64,000 nt of DNA from Macrostomum lignano (taxonomy: Eukaryota): positions 22,170-86,169 of the forward strand of contig NIVC01003641.1 in assembly GCA_002269645.1 (NCBI GenBank), written 5' to 3'. The notes beneath the pieces were generated by a model. The model made no database searches. It was not told the origin of the DNA and saw nothing but the letters and a program-made list of their open reading frames with translations. The translations under genes and the position numbers were made by a program. How positions within the stretch are numbered: the first letter of the stretch is position 1; every line of letters begins with the position of its first letter. Shown here piece by piece: positions 19,002-29,891 of the stretch.

Positions 19002-19474
19002 GAGACAGAGAGAGAGAGAAAGCGCAGAGCAGAGAGAAACGAGAAGAGATAAGAGAGAAAAGATAAAAGAAGAGAAAGGAGAGATAAAAACGCAGACAAG
19101 AGAGAAGAGAGATGAGGGAAGAGACGAGCGACGAGGGGAGAGAGAAGAGATAAAACAAGAAAAGAAATGAGAGGAAAGAGAGAGAGGAAAGAGGTGAGAG
19201 AAGAGACGAGAGAAGAGGGGAGAGAGGAGAGAGAAGAGAAGAGAGAAAACGAAAAAGTAGAGAGGAGAGAGGAGAGGAGAGAGAAAAGAAAAGGGAAGAG
19301 ATGAGATAAGAGATATGAAAGAGAAGAGAGATGAGGGAAGATACGAAAGAAGATAGGAGAGAGGAGAGGAGAGAGGAGAGACAAAGGTAGAGAAGTGAGT
19401 GAGGAGAGAGGAGAGGAAAGAGGAGAATGGAGAGGGAGAGAGTAGAGAGAGGAGGAGAGATAAGAGAGAAAAAC

Positions 19475-19545
<71 letters not shown>

Positions 19546-19566
19546 AGAGATAAGAGAGAGAGACAG

Positions 19567-19598
<32 letters not shown>

Positions 19599-20794
19599 GA
19601 GAAGGGAGAGCAGAGAGAAATGAGAAGAGATAAGAGAGAAAAGATAAAAGAAGAGAAAGGAAAGATGAGAGAGCAAAGACGAGACAGAAAAGAGGTGAGG
19701 GAAGAGACGAGAGAAGAGGGGAGAGATGAGAGATTAGAGGAGAGAGTTAAGAGAAGAGAGAAAAGAATAGAAAGGAGAAGGAAGATCAGAGAGAAGAGGG
19801 GGTGAGAGGAGAGAGGAGAGGGGAGAGAGGAGAGAGGAGAGAGAAAACGAAAAAGTAGAGAGGAGAGAGGAGAGGGGAGAGAAAGAAGAGACAAGAGATG
19901 AGATAAGAGAGATGAAAGAGAAGAGAGATGAGGGAAGATACGAGAGAAGAGGGGAGAGGGGAGAGAGGAGAGAGGAGAGACGAGGGACGAGAGAGATGAG
20001 AGGAAACAAAGAGACGATTGAAATTTTAAAGGATCCAAGGGACGTAGGGAGAGTCAGGGAGAGACCAGAGTTTAGCAATATATGTTTTAGAGTCAGACAG
20101 ACATTGCCTGACATTCTGCTCAGTACCCCAGCCAACAATGTCTCAAACCCTAATTTTACACGAATGTGCTCCATTTTATGTCTACCTCTATCCTACTAAC
20201 TATTAAGTTTTTGTTTGTGTATGGCCTTAGATTTCAGAATACATGCAAAAGTAGTTCCGGGTATTGGAATTCCCCGGGTTCAAAATCCGCGGGTTTCAAC
20301 AGCTTGTTTAATATATATTATTGAGGTGAAACTTTTGATTTTTCATCCTTAAGTTTTTGGGTCGATACTTATATAAAGAAGAAAGTTCTTTCGTTATGAA
20401 AAATAGCATACTATATGCTATGTAGCTCATACTTAGAGCTGGTAACATTAAATAGTCAATTTAATTGCTTTATTGACAAGCATCCGTAACTATAGTTTGT
20501 TAAGTAATCAAGGCGAAATTATAAAATGTTAAATAGGCTTGTAGAACAATTTCTATATCAGCTTTTAATTTTCATCATAAAGTTTTTTCTTTGCCATTCT
20601 CTAAATATTTTATGATATACTCGTAATTTCAAATAGGAGCTAAAAACAATAAAATCCGATTTTTATCACTAGAATTGTAGAAAAAGTCCAAGCCCAATAG
20701 TGGAGCGAAAATTACCTTGTGCTCTTGTGGAGCGTAAGGATCGTTGTGATAAATCAACGTCCTCCTCGGCATTTCCTCGAAGACAATTTCCCAT
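15005..20794 (-). CDS. UBTD: Ubiquitin domain-containing protein (UBTD1/UBTD2 family), 3 exons
   Basis: Exon 1 is 20794-20716 ([26 protein letters not shown], donor AG|GTAATT, phase 1). Exon 2 is 16597-16184 ([28 protein letters not shown]...[22 protein letters not shown]). Exon 3 is 15317-15005 (ubiquitin-like, LRLSDGRE...[10 protein letters not shown]). Phases are consistent. One base must be restored near 15068 to read [11 protein letters not shown]. Confidence 0.9.
15400..16110. repeat. 21-bp minisatellite (gtcggttccggtgttggggaa) in UBTD intron 2
   Basis: About 33 units. The PTPEPTS-type ORFs are artefacts of a unit length divisible by 3. Confidence 0.93.
17930..18500 (+). repeat. 69-bp coding tandem repeat in the Helitron ORF
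   Basis: About 8 near-identical units. Confidence 0.92.
18510..20010. repeat. 1.5-kb polypurine (GA-rich) low-complexity tract
   Basis: Almost only A and G on the plus strand, with two (GA)n cores and internally duplicated blocks. Confidence 0.95.
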
Positions 20795-21853
20795 GACAGG
20801 GTCATATGTGACGAATGGTCATACAATAGTTTCCATAACTTTGAGTAAAAATTAGGAAATAATTTATTTATTTTTGATTGGCATCACATTCTTCAATATC
20901 AACATTGCCATATACTATTGTAACAGCTTCGTATTTAAAAAATTCCGATGACGATGACAAAATCGGTAAAAATGAACGAACTCCGGGGTGCACGATCCGA
21001 TATAATTATACAAAAAAGGATTTTTCTTTTGAAGTTAAAAAACGCACCGAATCAATTAAGATTCAATGTTCTGATTAAAGAATAAATAAAATTAGATATT
21101 TGAGCTAATTTGTACAAAGGCTATTTTAACATCTCTTTATTAAACTGCTTAATATACGCTCTGGTAAAACTTTGTTTAAATTTGTTTCCGCGACAACTAA
21201 TAGCATCGCAAAAATCTCAAGATATCGAACGAATGCACATGGCGCGTAATAAAGCTTTTGATCTCAACACGTCTTGTTGATTGTTCTTTTGACAATGCTG
21301 AATTTTGCAGGTTAGCATTGGACACACCCTCGCTTTAATTAATTATTTTTAGTTGACAATCTGGTTAAAATAATATATTTAATAGGGTCGTTTATTAACT
21401 ATTAAAGTCATTCAACTATTGATATTTAACTTGTAGATTGTGGCGGCCAGACTGGTGCACGGTCGAGAGCGGGGCCCGCCTGTGCACAGGCCCCTGCACG
21501 CCTGGCTGCTGGGGAGTTTTGCCCAGCCAGTTCGCTCTGATTCACACCTCTCTATTCTCTCAAGTATACACAAGATCTTTTGCTTGCTTGCTGCTTTTCA
21601 AGCTTCACTCGCAAGCCGCTTCAAGATGGTATTTTAAATCATTTTTGCAATGCTGACGACACAATGCGAGATAAATACATGTACATGTATTATATGCAAA
21701 CGAGCTGTACATATCCTTTTACCTAATGTACTAATGATTCCTCTTGATACAGGCACTGCTTGTGAGTTGGTAAATATTAAATATATGTTGATAGTACAAA
21801 AAACACAACAGACTTTTAATTCTCTTCTCCATAACAGGCAACTTAGGCAAGAG

Positions 21854-22345
21854 TTAAACGGCCCTGGCAATTAAATACAGCAACAACAACGAGCCAGGCA
21901 GTAACACGTTATGCCTCAGTTGCAGTCGCCCCGCCGCATTGCAATAGTCTCCTTTGCAGTAGCACATCTCTGTAGTGCTTCCAGCGCCGTACAGCATGTG
22001 ACACCCGACGCCCATTGCTTTGGGAATCTCGGCGCAGTCGCGAGTGACCACAGTTGAAATGAGAGTCTCCGGAGCCCGCATGCCGACGCCCTCTCGGTCG
22101 ATGTGATACCGGTAGGAGCGGGTGACAATCTTCACGCAGCCGTCATAGTCGGCACCACCGCAGTCGGCCTGGTTGCTATCCGTGATACGAGCTTCTATTC
22201 CGCAGTAGCGCTTCAGAATCTCCGACTTGCTAGTGGTATCCAGGTTGCGCAAGTTCAACTCGAAATAGTTGTCGCAGGCTAAGCACTTTGACGCGCCGTT
22301 GCACCTGCCGCAGAGCTGCAGAAACAGCAGCAGCAGCAGCGGCAT
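21854..22345 (-). CDS. Ly6/uPAR three-finger, GPI-type protein (quiver/sleepless-like)
   Basis: Signal peptide MPLLLLLFLQLCGRCNG, 10 Cys from KCLAC to CYCKGDYCN, and a hydrophobic C-terminal tail. Acceptor tttgccag at 22374-22375 implies a 5'-UTR exon further upstream. Confidence 0.85.
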   Translation of the reverse strand: MPLLLLLFLQLCGRCNGASKCLACDNYFELNLRNLDTTSKSEILKRYCGIEARITDSNQADCGGADYDGCVKIVTRSYRYHIDREGVGMRAPETLISTVVTRDCAEIPKAMGVGCHMLYGAGSTTEMCYCKGDYCNAAGRLQLRHNVLLPGSLLLLYLIARAV

Positions 22346-22964
22346 CGGAGCTTTCGACAGCTTAAATTTCGGTCTGGCAAAGGCGGGCATAGCATGAAGA
22401 AACACGAATTCAACTATATTCAGATAGCTTGCCTTAGTTCCAGGTTTGCGCGGTGAAATTTGCAAAAAAATATTCAAAAGAGCAGGAAGTTCTTTATAAA
22501 CAGCTGAATTTACGAGAGGCATTTCTGGATGGGCGAGATCGCTCTCTACTTTTATAGTTGCTACCAATAAAAAACTGCGTCTTTCTCGGTTCGATCGCCC
22601 CTGCACTGCCATCCGGTCGTTATTCGACCACAAGCGCCGAGTGTTTAAGATCGCGTGTAGCTTCTTGTTCATACAGATGATCATGCACTCAACTGCATAC
22701 CTGGTTTGAGCTGTACTGGGCTACAGGTAAAGTTTGCTACATAAATGATACGCGGGGAAACTACATAAGCAGTGTAATTATGCAATAATTAGCTTAAAAG
22801 CCACCTGGGTGCTGTGCCATGCAGTTGTGCTGGCGAATTTACGCCTTTTACAACCAAAATTTTACCAAATTTCATCTTTTAATTTTTTCTTTAATTTTTC
22901 CTATATTACATTGCTTCTGATAAGTAAAGAGGTCTACATTCGTTCGTTTAGTTACTTCCGCAAT

Positions 22965-23425
22965 GAACCAGTGAGCCAGTGAACAGTGAACTAGTGAGTC
23001 AGTGAGCGAGTCAACCAGTGAACTAGTGAACCAGTGAACCAATGAACCAGTGAGCCAGTGAATGGCGAACTAGTGAGCCAGTGAGCCAGTGAACCAGTGA
23101 ATGAGTGAGCCAGTGAATCAGTGAACCAATGAACCAGTGAACCAATAATGAACCAGTGAACCAGTGAACCAGTGAACCAATGAACCAGTGAACCAGTGAA
23201 CCAATAATGAACCAGTGAACCAGTGAATGAGTGAGCCAATGAATCAGTGAACCAGTGAACCAGTGAACCAATGAACCAGTGAACCAATAATGAACCAGTG
23301 AACCAGTTAACCAGTGAACCAATGAACCAGTGAACCAGTGAACCAGTGAACCAATAATGAACCAGTGAACCAATAGTGAAACAGTGAACCAGTGAGCCAA
23401 TAATGAACCAGTGAACCAGTGAACC
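22965..23425. repeat. 8-bp GAACCAGT array (left copy)
   Basis: Degenerate tandem octamers. Confidence 0.93.
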
Positions 23426-24699
23426 AATTGATGGGTTTCGACCTTCGGGCTCCTTGTTAGGGAAGCCTTCGGGCCTCAGGCTCAGAAATAAATCAATTAG
23501 AGACCTGGCCCCCCACTCCTGTCAGATGGTCAGCCCCATGGTAGCTTGATCGTGTGGCGAGCAGTCTAGGTCCTATAGCTAAGAGAGGGACAGCGAGAGA
23601 CGAGCAGGGAGAATTTTGAAAGTAGAAATTAGCTAATCCGCGGATCAACTAACTTGCTGCCACCAGCCCGTGCGCCCTGGCTCACCACACCGGGACTCTC
23701 GAAATCGGGCTTCCGACTAGAAGGGGCTTTGCACTTACCTGCCAACTAGTGTCTTTTTGCTGTCAATCTCGAAGTCATAGCCGATGATAAGGGACACTGC
23801 TGGGACTAGATCGCGTTGGCCATGCAGGTACAGAGGGGACTTGTGCAGGGGATTCTTGCGGTGGCGAGTCTATGGGGTAGCTGCATGTACTATTACATTG
23901 CTAAATACGAAGATATGTACTTTTGGCCTTCAACGCGCCAACTAGCCTCTCATAGCGCTGATGATAGGCTAACTCGAACTTCAGAGACCGCATGATTCAT
24001 TTACCCGAGCCGCTTGGCTACCCTAGAGTGCACAAAGTACATCTCTGGCGCCGATTCTGCACTTTTGGCAGTTTTGCTCACTGATTTGTTAGATTGGTCG
24101 ACTGAGAACTGCCTTGCCATTGGTCCACTGTGACCGGCGCCTACTAGCTTAGCTACTCATCTGAGCCATCGGCGAACAAAGAAATAAAGCCGACAAAGAT
24201 AACTGTTAGATTTAACCTTCTCCTTAGTTCACTTCACACTTCAGATTGAATTGGAGTCTTAGACTACTAGCAGTATTATTGAATGATTCCTGCCTCAGCA
24301 ACAGCACTACTGAACAAAATGAGCAAAAGTGTGCGCCTAATTCAGCTACTGCAACAGGGGACAGAAAAGGGATCACCCAATCAAGCAAGTCTAGGTAGCC
24401 TCTCACCCAACCAATCAGAAACTCAACAGCCGGAGACCAGGTATTCCACAGTGACCGAATCGGCTCGATGCTCTGCAGCTGTAGACTCGGGATGATGCTG
24501 TCACAATCTTCGCTGTTAGCTAGCAGGTGATGCTCTTAACTGGATGTTCGCTGCTGTCGACCGGGGGACTCGTCCTTGATGATGATGGGGGAAGTTGCAA
24601 TCCGGGGATCAAGAAACGACGGTCGTGCTCCGGGAACCAGAAGTTGCGCGCTGGGCCCGAGCCAAAGTAAGAAGAAGTTGCGTCCGAGCGGGCCAAAAA

Positions 24700-24840
24700 C
24701 TCCGGTTTAAATAGCCGCCAACTGGACCGCAGTTTGTTATAACGGAACACGTCGATTCTGATTGGCTGAGCCGTTTTGTTAAAATGAGCGCCGAATTTTC
24801 TGATTGGCTAAGCTCGTTGCTACCCAGAATCACGTGACCG
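24700..24840 (-). promoter_or_regulatory. Candidate Pol II promoter, possibly of the Ly6 gene
   Basis: Two agccaatcag CCAAT boxes (near 24760 and 24800), CACGTG near 24831, and TATA-like ctatttaaa near 24710, all ordered for minus-strand transcription. Confidence 0.4.
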
Positions 24841-25434
24841 AGAGACCCTATCAGTTCCCACAGGGTCGTAAAAAGATGACAGGTGCGGCAATAAATCACT
24901 CAAAATCGCAACAAAATGATTTATGACTTTTCGCGTAGGATTGACAGAAATTAATGAAAAAATATACATTAGAAAGCTCTTATTAAATAGAAAGCGAAGA
25001 TAATGAAGAGAAATCGCTAATCGCCAATCCCAAGGTACTTTTAGGGGTAAAACGCATAGCTGTCAAAGCTGTCACACGCTTGAGTGAATCCGAACAATAG
25101 GCTCTGACCTCATAAATCTTGATGGCCTGTCAAAATGATGAGAAAAAAGCTACCGCCCGCATCCTCTCAGACCATCTGGCGCCCGCTTCAACACTGAGTG
25201 AGGCGCAGGTGGCTGTCAGATCAGCTTCGAAAGCGATGATTTATGACCCAAAAAGCTGCGCCTATGTTATTATGACTACTAGTATGGCCAGACATTATAT
25301 CTAGTATAGATTCTATGAAAATTCGCAGAAAAAGGATAAAAATGCCCACTGCCCACTGTTAGTAGGCAAGTAAGTTTAGAGCCCATGTGCTAGCGCGGGA
25401 TTTGGGAAAAAGTGCGTCCTCATCACAATAATGA

Positions 25435-25735
25435 ATCAGTAAACCAGTGAATTAGTCAACCAGTGAACCAGTGAACCAGTGAACCAACAATGAACCAGTG
25501 AACCAGTGAACCAGTGAACCAGTGAACCAGTGAACCAGTGAACCAGTGAACCAGTGAACCAGTGAACCAGTGAACCAGTGAACCAGTGAACCAGTGAACC
25601 AGTGAACCAGTGAACCAGTGAACCAGTGAACCAGTGAACCAGTGAACCAACAATGAACCAGTGAACCAGTGAACCAGTGAACCAGTGAACCAGTGAACCA
25701 GTGAACCAGTGAATCAATACTGAACCAGTGAACCA
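25435..25735. repeat. 8-bp GAACCAGT array (right copy)
   Basis: Nearly pure octamers, same strand as the left copy. Confidence 0.95.
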
Positions 25736-26283
25736 ATTCCAGAAACTACTCTAAATTCATGTTTATGATGCATGCATTATGTACTTTATAAGCTTCTAAC
25801 TTGCTTACTTTTTGGCATGAACTCTATCACAAGAACCAAGATCTACAACAATTTTCATTCCTTTGTACATAAGACGTGTGCATTGATGGTTCATGAGTGA
25901 ATTTATAAGACTAGCTGTGATTTCCTAAACCACCAAATTTCAGGTATTAAGTTTATTATATGGGTCCCTTCATTGCAATTTGCTATTTGATTTGAATATC
26001 GCACTTGAACTGAGTTACTTGCACTTAAGTTTGCTATTTTGCTACTTGACCGAAAAAACCTATATTGTATAGTTAAGCATGACGTGTACATTATTTTAAT
26101 TTAGGCATGAAAATAGAAGCGCAATGTTATATAAGCTTGGGTGTGAGTTAGTGGTGGTCGGGGAGGTGGGTAGCCACAGACGTTGACCAGCCAATCAGAT
26201 CAAAGCGCTCAAGTTTGCCAAGCCAATTCTATTTGTAAGCCAAGCCGCGCACTGCTCACGCACCCAAGCCGATCATCGCCGAT

Positions 26284-27575
26284 ATGCAAAGCTGGCTCTG
26301 CCCGTCCGACCGGCAGCTCCGCTTGCGCGCCTGCATCGCTCGCGGCTGGTCGACGCCGCGCTCCGCCGTCGCCGCCCTGACGCCGGCCGAGTGCGCCGCA
26401 ATTGGCGACGTCCTCCGGCGCGACCGAGCGCTCCGGCTGCTCGACTGGGGCCGCGTCGGTCGCGTCGCTGATCAGGTTGAACGGCTGCGACTTGCCCAGT
26501 GCGGCGACGGTCTGGCCAGCTGCCGCCTGTGCGGCCTTCGACTTCGGCACCGGTGGTGGCGGCCTTCCGGCAGGTGCTCGGACTGCGGATACAAGTACTG
26601 CGACGCCTGCGCTCGACCTCTGCCGGAGGCTGGGTGAGCTTCATCCGTTTAGTTAAGCAATTTTTTAAGTAAAATTCTTCACGGAGGAATTGCTTTGAGG
26701 TCAAGGCTTGTAGGGGGAATTGTTGAAATGCTGTGGCTCATGGGGATTGCTCCATGGGATCTGATAGCTTAGGCTAGATTTCTGTCTTTAAGGGCGGATG
26801 CTGTTTACCTTAAAAATAATTTCCCTTAATAGGATACTAACAATAGTGACTGTACAATGTCAAAACCTACATGTATAAGTAGTTGCAGATTCCTTTCTTT
26901 GTCCCCCCTCAACGGGGGCGCTGATTGCTAGTCTAATATACTAAAAATGAAACTGACTAACAGTAGAAGTATTTGAAAGTTATAAAAAAATAATAATTTA
27001 CTTTTTTCGACTACGCTACTTACAGTAGAGTGTAAAATCAATTAAAAAATAAAATAATACGCTCATATGTAAAACTGTAAACTGTCAGACAGTCGCAGGA
27101 CAAAACGTGGCCAAAGCAACCCGGCCAGACAGCCTGGATGTGCAAACTGTGCCGAGAGAGTCGCCTGCTGGCGGCCAAGAGCGGAGCCTGGTTTCACCAG
27201 CTTGCCTACGATCCGCGGCTGACCGCATCGGAAGACGCCTGTCGGCCGCCAACTCCGGAGAAGCCGGCGTCTCTCTCAACCAATCAGGAGTCGCCTAGCA
27301 GCCCAGACGAGAAGATGACGTCACTGCAGCGCAGCCAATCGCAGCAGCCAATCGATCAATCTGGCAACGCTACGCTCCGCGGTAGGAAATGCCAGAGTCA
27401 CTTGGATCTGCAGTCGCATTTTGGTCGCGTTGAAAGCATCCAACACAACGGTCGCAGAGCTGGCAAGCTGAATCGGCCGCGCAACCTGGCCATCATCAGG
27501 CGAAGAAAGTCCGCGTCCTGCTCTCAGATTGGCCAGGTGCAGTGCGAGTATTTTCCCACTGAACTGCAGGACTAG
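26284..27575 (+). CDS. Noc2/rabphilin-type Rab effector (Rab-binding Zn/FYVE_2 domain), 2 exons
   Basis: Exon 26284-26633 reads WLCPSDRQLRLRA..GWS..LTPAECAAIGDVLRR..CRLC..CSDC..YCDAC, donor GG|GTGAG. Exon 27089-27575 reads WMCKLCRE..KSGAWF. Phase 2 matches. The motifs match RPH3AL/RPH3A N-termini. Confidence 0.85.
26891..26960 (+). mobile_element. Helitron 3' end fused to a Helitron 5' end
   Basis: Hairpin ccccc-tcaac-ggggg, then ctgattgCTAG (26928-26931), immediately followed by TCTAATATACTAAAAATG (26932 onward). Confidence 0.6.
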
Positions 27576-29144
27576 CGTTATTAATGCTGCTGAGTTTTAT
27601 TAACGGTTAACTAGCAGTTACTATAACAACTGGATAGTTGCTTTGTAGCTGTATATAAGCTTGGTATGTGTTGCTCTACTTAATTTGGTTCAGTAGCAAG
27701 AAAGAATTCGTGAGCTATTTTTTAGAAAAGAATGATAGTTTTGGGGTCCTGACTTGCAGGCGTACACAAAACCACAGGCTTATTGGTGCAAACCTCAATT
27801 AATGTACCTTAGCCAGCCCCACTGTGACTGTACATCGTGACAGTTTTAGGCTCGAACACCGGGGAAGGCAATAAAATTTGGGGGGTAGAGATTTTGTGCC
27901 GAAAGACGCGGTGGGGGGGTTAAGCTCGGGGGCATGAGGAGCGACTTAGAGTCTTGGCCTTTAATTAAAATGCTTCGATATTTGACTTTCTACTGACAGT
28001 AGATTATACGCAAATTCGATAGCCGCTGGGTTTTTGTTATTATAGTATCTTCTATGTTCAATAACTATATTTTATTTATAGCGCTGCTCGAAACCAATTA
28101 AAAAAATAAGAATAAACACAATCTTACCAACATGTTTTTCGTTTGATTCTGTGAGCAAAAAAACATTTGTGCAATTCTACATTTTCACGATATACATTGT
28201 ATTTCATGGTTGTTAATCATTATTTTTCTGACACCTCGACCGGCCTTCGTTAGAAAAAAATAATTTTTATAGCTCTTTAGTAAGACTCGAATAAGCACAG
28301 CGCATGGCAACACACCGGACAATAGAATTAATTGAGTTGGTCAGTCAAAGAATACATGTCAGCGGGGATCAGCTGGGATTTGGGCGGGCAAAGATGGACA
28401 CGACAGCAGCTGCAGTAGGACTGCTAGGCACAGCAACTAAAAGCAAGGAGCGAGGGCTAAAGCACAACATGTGACCACTGCAGGACATTGAGTCTCTCCG
28501 GACGAAAGTCTTCAAATTTATGAAAATAAAATATTTGCAGTCCTAATTTCGTTTAACAAAAAAGCATTGGGAATTTTTCATCTGGTGTGTTGTACACATG
28601 CTTGACGATTAAAAAGTCGGGGCTGCTGTACACTCAGTCCATATTGGTGTTTAAAGAACAGAAAATTTCGCACCCCAACAGAGAATTAACTTTGAAGTGC
28701 GGAAGCGCCTGCTCGTATTTTGCTACTTCGGCAGGGACAACACAACATGCACAAATCGTCTTGGACTGCAACTCTAAAATACAGAAAATAACACAGACAG
28801 TTAAACAAAAACAAATCAAATTAGTTTGCTTGAGACCAAAACAGAAAAGAGTAGAATCTTGTTAAAATTTTTAAAGGCTGCCAAGAAAGTTCTCCCTAAA
28901 TTAAAATCAACGCATTTTTGCAATAATTAATAAGCAAAACAAAACTGAATCGGGTTTGCACGCACAAAGTAAGTCGCAGATTCGATCATTTGTGAGTACA
29001 GTGAGTTTACTATAACAACACAACTGACACGCGTATGACCTTTTTAAGTACTGTATGACCTTTTGTACAGATCCCTCTACGTAGTGGTCTACCTTTCTTA
29101 ATCAGTAGCCTCCATCGTTTGTTCATTAGCCAAACTGATATCTG

Positions 29145-29855
29145 CCTCTATCACACAGTGCAGTCTGCCTCTATCACACAGTGCAGTCTGCCTCTATCAC
29201 ACAGTGCAGTCTGCCTCTATCACACAGTGCAGTCTGCCTCTATCACACAGTGCAGTCTGCCTCTATCACACAGTGCAGTCTGCCTCTATCACACAGTGCA
29301 GTCTGCCTCTATCACACAGTGCAGTCTGCCTTTATCACACAGTGCAGTCTGCCTCTATCACACAGTGCAGTCTGCCTCTATCACACAGTGCAGTCTGCCT
29401 CTATCACACAGTGCAGTCTGCCTCTATCACACAGTGCAGTCTGCCTCTATCACACAGTGCAGTCTGCCTCCATCACACAGTGCAGTCTGCCTCTATCACA
29501 CAGTGCAGTCTGCCTCTATCACACAGTGCAGTCTGCCTCTATCACACAGTGCAGTCTGCCTCTATCACACAGTGCAGTCTGCCTCTATCACACAGTGCAG
29601 TCTGCCTCTATCACACAGTGCAGTCTGCCTCTATCACACAGTGCAGTCTGCCTCTATCACACAGTGCAGTCTGCCTCTATCACACAGTGCAGTCTGCCTC
29701 TATCACACAGTGCAGTCTGCCTCTATCACACAGTGCAGTCTGCCTCTATCACACAGTGCAGTCTGCCTCTATCACACAGTGCAGTCTGCCTCTATTACAC
29801 ACAGTGCAATCTGCCTCTATCACACACAGTGCAATCTGCCTCTATCACAGTGCAA
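29145..29855. repeat. 23-bp minisatellite (ctgcctctatcacacagtgcagt)
   Basis: About 30 near-perfect units beginning about 35 bp past the PTP stop. Confidence 0.97.
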
Positions 29856-29891
29856 TCTGCCATTCAGACTGCAGTCTCCGCGGGCCCGCCC

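Larger units (their letters stand above)
17051..20306 (+). mobile_element. Internally deleted Helitron in UBTD intron 1
   Basis: 5' end A|TCTCTACATATAAAAATC followed by (tgtc)n. ORF start [17 protein letters not shown] and 69-bp repeats reading [23 protein letters not shown], typical of Helitron N-termini. 3' end cgcgggtttcaacagCTTG|T (non-canonical). No Rep/helicase visible. Confidence 0.65.

Noticed and set aside
23456-24060. LTR plus PBS (TGTTAGGG...TACA, tggcgccg)
   Set aside because: No partner LTR, no TSD, no gag-pol, and the PBS does not match a tRNA end I recognise. Mentioned only as weak context.
28340-28475. Possible extra exon of the Rab effector (DQLGFGRAKMDTT...*)
   Set aside because: The acceptor phase does not match the candidate donor at about 27535.
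28634-28819. Cys-rich small ORF on the minus strand
   Set aside because: No ATG. The hydrophobic start is a pyrimidine-rich, acceptor-like tract, and there is no recognisable motif.
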